The notes below the pieces were generated by a model that saw only the letters and a program-made list of their open reading frames with translations, searched no databases and was not told where the DNA came from. 39,314 nucleotides of DNA from a virus (lineage: Duplodnaviria; Caudoviricetes). Within the stretch, counting starts at the first letter, position 1; each line of letters opens with the position of its first letter. Below, piece by piece: positions 1 through 8,073 of this stretch. The DNA is taken from positions 1 to 39,314 of the IMG/VR virus record IMGVR_UViG_3300042196_000173; one strand, 5' to 3'. The translations under genes and the position numbers were made by a program.

Positions 1-127
1 CATCTCGATTTAGCTTTTTGATACCACGATTTATATACCTTCGGTTCTCTAGTCTTTCTACGAGATAAGCTGCCTCTCGCCTCGGTAGGCGTACAAGGTT
101 GCCAATTTCCAGCGCTATCTTTCCAGA
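1..127. repeat. 127-bp terminal direct repeat, left copy (identical to 39188-39314); circular assembly overlap
   Basis: catctcgatttag...ctttccaga occurs at both ends; 127 is a common assembler k-mer; an ORF reads cleanly across the junction. Confidence 0.95.
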
Positions 128-131
128 ACAT

Positions 132-353
132 CTACGTTACAGAAGAACTTTTCGTCACTCCGTTTCGAAGCGCCGAAAATAATCCAGAAGTCCAGATCGT
201 TTGCCATACTTGAGACCACGTAAAGGCGGGGATATCTAAACCTCCGACGCTAATCGGGCCAAAGAAGTGTCCTATTAATGCGATAGCAATCCCCAGAACG
301 GACAACACGTATGTTTTTTTCCCTTGCAGGGAAGCGAATAATTTCGCAAGCAT
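132..353 (-). CDS. Putative holin (73 aa)
   Basis: ATG at 353 preceded by AAGGAGG; LQGKKTY motif followed by a hydrophobic helix (VLSVLGIAIALIGHFFG) and a second hydrophobic segment; basic C-terminus; lysis region. Confidence 0.65.
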   Translation of the reverse strand: MLAKLFASLQGKKTYVLSVLGIAIALIGHFFGPISVGGLDIPAFTWSQVWQTIWTSGLFSALRNGVTKSSSVT

Positions 354-424
354 AAGTTGGCCTCCTTTTTCAATAAGCCATCTTTTAAACCAATTCAAGT
401 TAGGATAAAAAGATCATCAACAGG

Positions 425-467
425 CCTGACCCAAAGACGGTCAGGGGGAGAAGTCCCCCCAGACCGT
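425..467 (-). promoter_or_regulatory. Two mutually exclusive hairpins in the leader upstream of the holin
   Basis: ACGGTC(437-442)/GACCGT(462-467) plus GGGGGA/TCCCCC stem, versus CCTGACC(425-431)/GGTCAGG(439-445). Confidence 0.45.
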
Positions 468-529
468 AATGGATTCCAACGCAGACTAGGATGATTCCGG
501 CGGCTTTTAATACACTCGCCGTATTCATT

Positions 530-892
530 TCAGACGCCTAGCGCGGCCTTAAGCTGATCTGCCACCGTCTGAATGGACGAGGCAATGGACGTAAGAGCCG
601 TGACTTCCGTCGTAAAGTCAGGGGGCGTCCCCGCGCTAATTAAGTCCTGTATTTTCTGGATTTCTGCGACCAGTTGCGTTTGGAGCGCAGAGACCGCTGT
701 TCCTACTGCCGTGAGTGCTGTGTCGAGGTCTTGTTGTGTTGCAGCCATTTGATTTATTTCTCCTTCGATGGTATTTAGTGTCTCCTCCATGTCGCTGACT
801 TTGTTTTCAAGAGCATTGATGTTCTTTTGAACAGCGTTAATGGCATGAAGAATTTGTTTGAATAAGTTATTTTGCGGGCGTGGATTAGGCAT
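530..892 (-). CDS. Coiled-coil hypothetical protein in the lysis region
   Basis: TAAGGGGGAG SD-like sequence before ATG; heptad-rich sequence; possible second in-frame start (MAATQQ) with AAGGAG upstream. Confidence 0.6.
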   Translation of the reverse strand: MPNPRPQNNLFKQILHAINAVQKNINALENKVSDMEETLNTIEGEINQMAATQQDLDTALTAVGTAVSALQTQLVAEIQKIQDLISAGTPPDFTTEVTALTSIASSIQTVADQLKAALGV

Positions 893-907
893 TTTATCTC
901 CCCCTTA

Positions 908-1453
908 TCATGGCGGTGGTATCATTGTCGGAGTCGACAAGGAAAGTTGGAAAAGCTGGTTAAGAAACGTGCTGATTGTATCCAGACAGGTCCCCTGGCT
1001 CCAGGTGTTTGTGGTCGCTGAGATCAGCATAAAGTTTGTCGCCGATGAACAGAGGTTCCCAAGGGTTCCTCCAATTCCGATATCCACATTTTTTTGATAA
1101 TCCTGACCCGTTGCAAAACCGTAGACATAGGTATCACTGGATATTTTCTGCATCGCCGCAATGTTAGTAGCCCAGGTCGTCGTATCTATTGTAACGGATT
1201 GGGGAGGCTGGAAGCTCGGGTTAAGACCCCATAATTTAATCTGGTAGGTATGCGGGAAAAACGGGTTCACAAAAAAGGTGGTATTAAAATAGGTTGTGGT
1301 AAAAGAAATCAATGTATCTTCGACGGAGTTGGCCGTCCCCGTTCCCACGGTTACCACCGTGTACGCTTCAGCGTCGCGGACCGCTAGGCGCCCACCACCT
1401 AGGCCCATAGTTAAAAGAATGAAGGCGATTTTCCCACTTCTGAATCGCTTCAT
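908..1453 (-). CDS. Putative exported Thr-rich protein (~181 aa)
   Basis: From ATG 1453: MKRFRSGK-IAFILLTMGL...AEA|YTVV resembles a signal peptide; mature part has two Cys; overlaps the Lar-like ORF, so the start is uncertain. Confidence 0.55.
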   Translation of the reverse strand: MKRFRSGKIAFILLTMGLGGGRLAVRDAEAYTVVTVGTGTANSVEDTLISFTTTYFNTTFFVNPFFPHTYQIKLWGLNPSFQPPQSVTIDTTTWATNIAAMQKISSDTYVYGFATGQDYQKNVDIGIGGTLGNLCSSATNFMLISATTNTWSQGTCLDTISTFLNQLFQLSLSTPTMIPPP

Positions 1454-1574
1454 GGATGTCTTTTCCAGTAGGCCCTTGGGCGCGGCAATCCAAGCACTCC
1501 ACAAAAGCCATAGCCAGAGGCTTCCGGCACTTGAAAATCTCGATATCCAGAGACCCGCAGAACGGGCAGTTCAT
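1368..1574 (-). CDS. Lar-family (restriction alleviation-like) zinc-ribbon protein
   Basis: CPFCG...VECLDCRAQGP...EAIQKWENR pattern; ATG abuts the endolysin stop. Confidence 0.65.
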   Translation of the reverse strand: MNCPFCGSLDIEIFKCRKPLAMAFVECLDCRAQGPTGKDIHEAIQKWENRLHSFNYGPRWWAPSGPRR

Positions 1575-1919
1575 TCATACGACCAACCACATGACGCCTT
1601 GTGGCTTTGATGTATCGTTATCCACATGAATATGCCCATCTGCATAAATTCCGATACGCTTAAAGCCTGCCGAAATAAACGCCGAAGTGATTTTGAATCT
1701 TTGGTTTGATTCAGTGCAGGAAATATCCACCGCATGACCTGTTAAATGCGCCGAATCCTTAACGGACTGAGGAAGCGCATCATTCTGCGCTTGAGTGCGT
1801 AGGCCGCAAGTAATAAGAAAAGGTATGCCAGCAATCCCACGAGCGCGATCCAGCATCGCAACAAGCTCAACGTCAAGTCCCGCTACCTCGCTGTCTTGGA
1901 AATAGTTCCATCGATTCAC
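1575..1919 (-). CDS. Endolysin, peptidase M15 family (114 aa)
   Basis: GLR...SAHLTGHAVDI...HIHVD Zn-peptidase motifs; GTG at 1919 overlaps the upstream TGA (GTGA). Confidence 0.85.
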   Translation of the reverse strand: MNRWNYFQDSEVAGLDVELVAMLDRARGIAGIPFLITCGLRTQAQNDALPQSVKDSAHLTGHAVDISCTESNQRFKITSAFISAGFKRIGIYADGHIHVDNDTSKPQGVMWLVV

Positions 1920-2083
1920 GCGACCTGTCCCCCAGAATCTAATGGACCACCCACATCGCATATCTCTCCTGAACAGCACTCCGAACAAGTCTTGAAAACA
2001 TAGCCTAAGCCCCATGGTTTAATTTCCAGCAACCTTATTTTCCCCTCTTTGAGACAGCGTTGGCATGTTTCAGCGTCATTCAC
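1916..2083 (-). CDS. Small Zn-ribbon protein (55 aa)
   Basis: CQRC...CSEC; GTGA overlaps with both neighbours. Confidence 0.5.
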   Translation of the reverse strand: MNDAETCQRCLKEGKIRLLEIKPWGLGYVFKTCSECCSGEICDVGGPLDSGGQVA

Positions 2084-2337
2084 CGAAAATGCAGCCGCGT
2101 TAACATGTTCCAGGTATAGGCCCCTACCGCCGCCACAAAAGAGGCGATCAGGCCGATGATGATCCAACCCGCCGCATGAATGGGCTTTTCCACCTGGTTT
2201 TTGAACTCCTCCAGCCGGTTAATCCGCCCTTCGAAATTCTTGAAAATGCCTTTCTCCCACTCATCGTGATCCGTGAACTTCTGCTCCAGCCGGATCAACA
2301 TCTCATCCGAAAAACGCCTTCCGTTTTCTTCGTTCAC
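2080..2337 (-). CDS. Single-TM coiled-coil membrane protein (holin/antiholin-like)
   Basis: Charged coiled coil followed by C-terminal TM WIIIGLIASFVAAVGAYTW; just upstream of the endolysin. Confidence 0.6.
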   Translation of the reverse strand: MNEENGRRFSDEMLIRLEQKFTDHDEWEKGIFKNFEGRINRLEEFKNQVEKPIHAAGWIIIGLIASFVAAVGAYTWNMLTRLHFR

Positions 2338-2630
2338 GGCGTAAACTGTTCCAAAGCACTGATAGTGGAGGTAAAGACTGTAAACATATTCGTAAGTGTC
2401 GTCGTTGAAATGTTCACTCCAATCAAACCATCAAGATTTCTTGTATGCGTGATGGAATTGGTAGTGGTTGTGTTAATTACAATATAGCGGGTATCAATGT
2501 GAAAATTTCCTGGGGATTCTTGCCGAAACACCACGGATGTCAACCGTAATTTATCAAAGGTTTCCGTTTTAACTCCTGCGTTAACGAAACCAGAGGACAT
2601 GAGTAAGACGGCCAAATAAATTTTACGCAT
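2334..2630 (-). CDS. Signal-peptide-bearing Thr-rich protein (98 aa)
   Basis: AGGAG SD; MRKIYLAVLLMSSGFVNA|GVKT n/h/c signal-peptide pattern. Confidence 0.7.
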   Translation of the reverse strand: MRKIYLAVLLMSSGFVNAGVKTETFDKLRLTSVVFRQESPGNFHIDTRYIVINTTTTNSITHTRNLDGLIGVNISTTTLTNMFTVFTSTISALEQFTP

Positions 2631-2641
2631 AGGACTCTCCT

Positions 2642-3085
2642 TTACGGAACACTCGACATCCCGATACAAATATAATTCATTTTACCTCCTCCGAGAGAGG
2701 CACTGAAACTCGCTTTAAATCCTTCCGAGCTACTACTTGATATTCCAGATATCAAACCGCTACTCGTTGTCGATATGATGCAAACCGGACTTTCCAGATA
2801 GCTGTTAGAAAAGGTCAATTTGCAACTTGTTACAGAACCTCCGCCGATTGATATTGTTCCCGCAAAATCGCTTCCCATGACGCTTCCAGACGGAGAAGTT
2901 CCGCAATTTGAAACAGACGGAGAACCTGTTTTTGTTATAATGTGTTCTCCAAACATGATCGATTCATTGACCGAATACTTTTCCGTAGGACTCGGCGAAT
3001 CAATACCGACTTCGCTCGAAAACGAGCGAACAGAAAAACAACAAACCATCAGCCACGATAAAAATAAAGACGATTTAAAATTCAA
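2642..3085 (-). CDS. Signal-peptide-bearing fibre-tip-like module (147 aa)
   Basis: MNFKSSLFLSWLMVCCFSVRSFS|SE N-terminus; SNCGTSPS..GSDFAGTISIG..SCKLTF..PVC..NYICIG resembles C-terminal modules of phage fibres; four Cys in the mature part. Confidence 0.6.
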   Translation of the reverse strand: MNFKSSLFLSWLMVCCFSVRSFSSEVGIDSPSPTEKYSVNESIMFGEHIITKTGSPSVSNCGTSPSGSVMGSDFAGTISIGGGSVTSCKLTFSNSYLESPVCIISTTSSGLISGISSSSSEGFKASFSASLGGGKMNYICIGMSSVP

Positions 3086-4148
3086 TGATTGAAACTCCTA
3101 TACTTTGGACGCTTTCCGTACCTCCCCCAACTGCACATAATTGCAAATCAAACCAATAGGCCGTTCCTGTAGTAAGTCCCGTTAAGATTCCAGTCATCGA
3201 CATCGATTCTGAACTTGAATTATAAGGGGAGGTGGCGCGGCTAAAGTTTGTAAATCCCGTTCCTGTCGCCGCAACGCCGTTCGCGGGGGCCGACCCCGTG
3301 CCGTAGGACCAAATTCCCAACCCTCCATCACCCCCCGTGTTATTGATCGACGTTAAAGAACAAATAAATAAAATTCTCCCTGTTGTTGATGGCGTAATTG
3401 TTACCGTGCTGCCTAATCCCATCATTTTGGTCGTAGGAAACAACGACGTTGTACCCGTCGGGTTAGAAGGCGCAAAGAAACTGGCAGGAGCCGTTGACCA
3501 TGATATATTTCCAGCCCCGTCATTTTGATAAAACGATCCTTTTGCTCCCTGCGTAGAAGGAAAAGAAGTCGTAACATTATTTAGATTCACTATATTACCC
3601 GAAGAATTAACCTGGAATTGACTTGTACTTCCTACGGAAAAAAGAGAGGTTGGACTTACCGTGTTAATTCCAAAATTACCTGCATTAAAATAACTGACTC
3701 CATTCCCAGATATTAACGCACTGATGGTTCCATTGTTTCTTACGTCCAGTCTTCCTGCCGTCCCATTCTTGTAGGTAGCCATTAAGTAGCGACTAGAGTC
3801 CTTTAGGAATATCCCATCCCCTCCAATATCCGTCAATACAGTAAGGCGTTCCGTAACAGTGTTAGTTCCAACACCAATCCCCACATTTCCATTAGCATTA
3901 ACGGTCATTGTTCCACCAATGACATTAAAAACAGGAGTTGCGCCGCTTTGACCAGTTCCATTGATAGTGAACACCGTATCAACAGTTCCAGAAGACGTGT
4001 AAAAGGTAGACCCTGATTGGAGTGTATTCTGATTAAGAATACAGGTTGATCCTGGACAAGTACCTGTTGCGGAGGGGTTGGTTATCTGGCTTGCTGCCGC
4101 TGTTGAAGCGCAGAAAAAAATGGCAGCCAAAAAAGCTGGCTTCGTCAT
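3075..4148 (-). CDS. Signal-peptide-bearing tail-fibre-like protein (357 aa)
   Basis: ATGA overlap with upstream stop; MTKPAFLAAIFFCASTAAA|SQ; fibre shaft repeats NGNVGIG, GNFGINTVSP, NSSGNI, NDGAGNISW. Confidence 0.75.
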   Translation of the reverse strand: MTKPAFLAAIFFCASTAAASQITNPSATGTCPGSTCILNQNTLQSGSTFYTSSGTVDTVFTINGTGQSGATPVFNVIGGTMTVNANGNVGIGVGTNTVTERLTVLTDIGGDGIFLKDSSRYLMATYKNGTAGRLDVRNNGTISALISGNGVSYFNAGNFGINTVSPTSLFSVGSTSQFQVNSSGNIVNLNNVTTSFPSTQGAKGSFYQNDGAGNISWSTAPASFFAPSNPTGTTSLFPTTKMMGLGSTVTITPSTTGRILFICSLTSINNTGGDGGLGIWSYGTGSAPANGVAATGTGFTNFSRATSPYNSSSESMSMTGILTGLTTGTAYWFDLQLCAVGGGTESVQSIGVSIIEF

Positions 4149-5020
4149 GATTGAGTAAACCACACGCTGTATGAAATATTTGCCGAACCCGATTGTTTGA
4201 TGACAAAACCATTGCTGGAACTGGTGATATACCAGGGCTCATTGGTAAGATCGAGAACTACGGAGCCGTTGGCCAGAAGTGGAAATTGATCGCCAAAATT
4301 CGTTGCCCCATCACTAAAATTTAACGTTGTTGTGGCATCCACAGTCACCAAAATCCTAAATACGCGTACGGTCTGCGAAGCCACACCCGCTACAGGCGTG
4401 CTGATTCCGACACTCGTAACATTGAATGTGCTTGATAAGACCCCCGTCGTTTGCAGCGTTGAGAAGGACACATTCCACCGCGTTCCATCTACTTGTTGAG
4501 CGCTTACTGTGTTGGATGACCCATTAATGAAGGCAGATACCGTAGAGACGTAGACAGCATAGGGCGTAGAAAAAGAAACTGGAACTGTTCCGCTAATAGT
4601 TACCGTAGAAACGTTTGTAGTATTGACTGGCTGGCTGGCGCCATTGAATGTAACAGTGGTAAGAGCAGGAGGTGTAAACGATATGGTTCCTGTCACATTG
4701 AGTGGATTATCTGCTGTATTAACAACAGTCACCGTAGAAGCATAGGCTCCCGCAGTGCTCTGGTAGACTTGTTGAGGCGTGCCTCCAAAAGTAATTGTAG
4801 ATATATTAGTAGTGTTTACAGGCTGACTTATGCCGTTAAATGTGACCGTAGTAACATTCACTACAGTTGTGGTAGATGAACTACCGCCTCCGCCAGTGCA
4901 CCCTGAAACACACTTCACATTGACAGGATTCCGTGTCGAATTTATGACTTGGACGGAATCAAAGGCCCATCCAGTAACGGAGGTTAAGATCAAGAGCGCG
5001 GATAATTTAAGAGTACGCAT
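4145..5020 (-). CDS. Signal-peptide-bearing Thr/Ser-rich fibre/adhesin-like protein (291 aa)
   Basis: MRTLKLSALLILTSVTGWA|FDSV; internal repeat TTVTFNG(I/A)SQPVNTTN(I/V)ST twice; CVSGC motif. Confidence 0.7.
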   Translation of the reverse strand: MRTLKLSALLILTSVTGWAFDSVQVINSTRNPVNVKCVSGCTGGGGSSSTTTVVNVTTVTFNGISQPVNTTNISTITFGGTPQQVYQSTAGAYASTVTVVNTADNPLNVTGTISFTPPALTTVTFNGASQPVNTTNVSTVTISGTVPVSFSTPYAVYVSTVSAFINGSSNTVSAQQVDGTRWNVSFSTLQTTGVLSSTFNVTSVGISTPVAGVASQTVRVFRILVTVDATTTLNFSDGATNFGDQFPLLANGSVVLDLTNEPWYITSSSNGFVIKQSGSANISYSVWFTQS

Positions 5021-5273
5021 AAGTAGTACGTGCCGACCACTGAAATAGAAAAGAAGGTGTTGAATTGGGGTAACCTGTAGAAACAGGTTGGTTATCTGCA
5101 TTGTAAGTGACTTGGATAATCCTCCAGGTTGAGTCCGTTGTGAGCGTCCCTGGCTGCGCCCAACCGTGGTAGTTCAAGTTTCCGTTGGCATCGTAGTCAA
5201 ATTGGTCAATAAGGTTACTTCCCCCCAGAGTCGACACAAACGTGAACATTCCAACATCGGGAGTGCTTGCCAT
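5007..5273 (-). CDS. Small aromatic-rich virion-associated protein (88 aa)
   Basis: ATG at 5273 just after the ATP-grasp stop; YHGWAQPG..WRI..Y..F..W..R..YS pattern that I recognise from small phage proteins near fibre genes. Confidence 0.6.
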   Translation of the reverse strand: MASTPDVGMFTFVSTLGGSNLIDQFDYDANGNLNYHGWAQPGTLTTDSTWRIIQVTYNADNQPVSTGYPNSTPSFLFQWSARTTYAYS

Positions 5274-5278
5274 TAAAT

Positions 5279-6628
5279 TTAAGCAGGGGCAGGTGCGAAA
5301 GGGGTAATCGTCCTTTCCCCTGCTGAAGGGTTCGGGATGTCGGAATATCCCCATCGGCGCAACTTTAAGATGCGTTCCCATCCGTCATTAGCGCCGTCCG
5401 TATATCGGCCTCCGTTGTTGGGAACTTCTACGGATTTGAAAACTTTTTGCGATCCCCTCCAAGCTTCAAAAAGAGTCTTTCCCCTCCCCAAACATTCCCC
5501 GACAATACAGGTGGTTCCCGCTATTTCAAATTCCGTTCTCTTCCCCTTTTGCACGTCAATTGGAATAAAATCATCGCTGTATTTTCCGTTTATGCGCGTT
5601 CCACGCGTTTTCCCGTAGGTTTCTGTGGCCGCCTTTTTATCCTCAATTTCCGCCGGGTACGGCGGCACATGAAGTTTAAGAGACGACCCCCATGTATTTT
5701 TAAAGGGAATGGAAAATATTACATGTGAAACTTTATAAAAGAACTCAGAAACCGGCATTCCCAGAATAGCCACCAACGCATAGATTGCTGAATATCCTAA
5801 ACGAGGCGTGAACTCAAGGAAAAATGGTTCCTGATTTTCCTCGGAGACGATGCAGTTCACATCAATCGGACCCGTCCATCGGCTGTATTTCAGGAGAGGA
5901 AACAATTTTTTGATTGTGGCGTCCACCAGTTTTGACTGATTGCCTGGGTAGTGAGTAACCAGGCTGACTTCACACCCCGTCCGCACACCAAGTTCACCGG
6001 CAAGGAACTTCTTAGTTTCCCAGGTTGAGTTTGCAGGGTAGATTGGCTGACCACTTGAAAACCAAAGCTCTGTAGATACCTCAGCGCCTCGGATAATGTC
6101 CTGAAGAATAAAATTGTTTCCATGTTTTATGTTCCCTTCTTCCTTAGCCTGCTCCATGTATCCGAGCATGTCTTCATAGTCTTTTCCCACATACGAGCTA
6201 GATTCTGATTGATTATTGTCAATCTTGATAGCAAAAGGTCGTTTCGCTTTCTTGACAAATGCAATCGCAGCGTCAATATCTTTAAATTCAGTGGTGCTGG
6301 GTGTCCGAATTCCATATTGCGAGGCCACCTTTCCAGCCCAAGCCCTGTCCATCTCAAGCTTGTCGGCTAATGTTGAACCACCAACAACTTTCCACCCATC
6401 TTTTCGTAGTTTTTCGGCAACTTGTCCATCTCCATTTAAGTCAAAAAGGATGACATCAGGTTTCTCTTTTAGTCCTTCCTCTATAGACTCCACATGCGGG
6501 ACAAGACCAGACATGACTTCCCGAGCCCAAGGTTCCTTAATAAATATTGACACATCGGAACCTTCTCGTTGCATAATCCAGGCTAAACCCGCCGAATCCC
6601 CGCTTTTGGAATGGATTAAGATTTTCAT
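5279..6628 (-). CDS. PurD (GAR synthetase)-like ATP-grasp ligase with divergent substrate motifs
   Basis: MKILI..LAW, ADKLEMDRAW..GIRTP..F..AIAFV..PFAIKID, GAEVS, TGPIDVN, LEFTPRLG, GKTLFEA..RYTDG are colinear with PurD. Confidence 0.8.
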   Translation of the reverse strand: MKILIHSKSGDSAGLAWIMQREGSDVSIFIKEPWAREVMSGLVPHVESIEEGLKEKPDVILFDLNGDGQVAEKLRKDGWKVVGGSTLADKLEMDRAWAGKVASQYGIRTPSTTEFKDIDAAIAFVKKAKRPFAIKIDNNQSESSSYVGKDYEDMLGYMEQAKEEGNIKHGNNFILQDIIRGAEVSTELWFSSGQPIYPANSTWETKKFLAGELGVRTGCEVSLVTHYPGNQSKLVDATIKKLFPLLKYSRWTGPIDVNCIVSEENQEPFFLEFTPRLGYSAIYALVAILGMPVSEFFYKVSHVIFSIPFKNTWGSSLKLHVPPYPAEIEDKKAATETYGKTRGTRINGKYSDDFIPIDVQKGKRTEFEIAGTTCIVGECLGRGKTLFEAWRGSQKVFKSVEVPNNGGRYTDGANDGWERILKLRRWGYSDIPNPSAGERTITPFAPAPA

Positions 6629-6656
6629 TGTAATTCTAGCCTATTCATGGTACACT
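6628..6656 (+). promoter_or_regulatory. Sigma70-type promoter for HNH-1
   Basis: TTGTAA(6628-33)-17 bp-TACACT(6651-56) with extended -10 TG; ATG at 6665 makes the transcript nearly leaderless. Confidence 0.65.
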
Positions 6657-6664
6657 TAGCTTGC

Positions 6665-7126
6665 ATGATTAAAGACGACATTATTAAAAAGTTCTGGACA
6701 TACGTCAAAAAAACTCGAACCTGTTGGATGTGGCGTGGGAAACGCCGATACGGAAAAATATGTACTGGAAAAGGAAAGAGTGAATCTTCTCATAGAATTT
6801 CTTGGGAAATTCATAATGGAAAAGTTCCAGAAGGAATGTGGGTTCTTCACAAATGCGACAGTGGTCGATGCATCAGACCTTCCCATCTTTTTCTTGGAAC
6901 CTATAAAGACAATATCAACGATATGCTTCAAAAAAGAAGAAATGTAAGAGGAGAAAAAGTCGGAACTTCTAAACTTACTAATAAAGCAGTTAAAGAAATT
7001 AGGTCCAAATATAAAAAATATAGTCGAGAATTTAATCATCGTTATTTTTCCGAAAAGTTTGGAGTTTCCGTTTCTGCGGTACATTTTGTAATCAAAGGAA
7101 GAATGTGGAAACACATAGGAGGCTAA
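6665..7126 (+). CDS. Free-standing HNH homing endonuclease with C-terminal HTH (HNH-1)
   Basis: CWMWRG..YG..SHRISW..VLHKCD..CIRPSHLFLGT..N; AT-rich; antisense to the late operon. Confidence 0.9.
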   Translation: MIKDDIIKKFWTYVKKTRTCWMWRGKRRYGKICTGKGKSESSHRISWEIHNGKVPEGMWVLHKCDSGRCIRPSHLFLGTYKDNINDMLQKRRNVRGEKVGTSKLTNKAVKEIRSKYKKYSREFNHRYFSEKFGVSVSAVHFVIKGRMWKHIGG

Positions 7127-7137
7127 AATGTTTAACT

Positions 7138-8073
7138 TCATTGTGGGTTCTCTGGTAATTGTGACCTGCGTTGCAATCCTTGTGAAATTAGCGAATTCAG
7201 AAGAGCAACAAGACCAGGATTAGAAGCCAATCTCGTTCCTGCGCCTAAACCTGTCGCCGCCGCACCTTGAATAGCAGGAGAAAATAATGGTGCTAAAGCT
7301 TGGCCGATTCCAGGAACAAACATCATTCCCGTTTTTACCGTTGCTGTTTTTCCAGTAGACGTTAGAGGAAATGGCCTTCTTAAAGCCTGATTTCGTATTC
7401 CTGCTTGATATATCTGATCTCCTTTCCTTATAAGACGGCTACCCTTGGCAATTGCGTCTGCCTCATCACGCATCTTAAAGATTTCATCTTTGACATAACG
7501 TCCTGATCTCGCCAAAGCATCTACAGCTTTCCTATAAGTCAAACCCTCTGATGGTTCCAGCTTTCCTCCACCAGATAGAATCTCTCTAGCTTTATCAACA
7601 ATCTGCTCAGGCTTGTACATCCCCTCAAATACACTGGTTCCTTTTGGCATAGCTTCCATAGCTCTTCCGTAAAACGGTTTTGCTGCTTGTTTACCTGGAC
7701 CAAATATATTCTTAGCTGATTGAAAACCTCTAGCTAGTGTTCCCTTTGGGCTTCCTACAAGTGATTCCAATTGTTCTCCAAATCCTCTTACAGCAGGACT
7801 AGCCGCTTTCATAAGCGGTCCCATAGCTTCTGCTCCTACCATTGATCCAAGCCCTAACGGAGTAAATGTAGGAGGCATCGTTTTTGATAAAACATTCATC
7901 GCCCCTTTTCCAAACCGTGTTGGAATTTGACCCTTCGCTACATCCAGCGTAGCCCCTAACATCTCAGACGGAATCCTTGCAAATCCCATTGCCTTTTTAC
8001 CAAAGGACTGCTTTAAATCTTCCGTTGTCACTTCATACACTCCCTGATCCGTTGTTACACGATACTTAGACAT
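7138..8073 (-). CDS. Putative ejection (internal virion) protein
   Basis: Gly/Ala-rich helical protein; last of four such genes downstream of the fibres, the usual podophage position. Confidence 0.55.
   Translation of the reverse strand: MSKYRVTTDQGVYEVTTEDLKQSFGKKAMGFARIPSEMLGATLDVAKGQIPTRFGKGAMNVLSKTMPPTFTPLGLGSMVGAEAMGPLMKAASPAVRGFGEQLESLVGSPKGTLARGFQSAKNIFGPGKQAAKPFYGRAMEAMPKGTSVFEGMYKPEQIVDKAREILSGGGKLEPSEGLTYRKAVDALARSGRYVKDEIFKMRDEADAIAKGSRLIRKGDQIYQAGIRNQALRRPFPLTSTGKTATVKTGMMFVPGIGQALAPLFSPAIQGAAATGLGAGTRLASNPGLVALLNSLISQGLQRRSQLPENPQ

Noticed and set aside
1-127. Biological direct terminal repeat
   Set aside because: The length equals a common assembler k-mer and the repeat falls inside an ORF that reads across the junction, so it is best explained as circular assembly overlap.
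5279-6628. purD as a purine-biosynthesis auxiliary gene, or a Z-genome (PurZ) pathway
   Set aside because: PurD substrate motifs are replaced. PurZ is a PurA homologue rather than PurD-like, and no polymerase or dATPase is visible.
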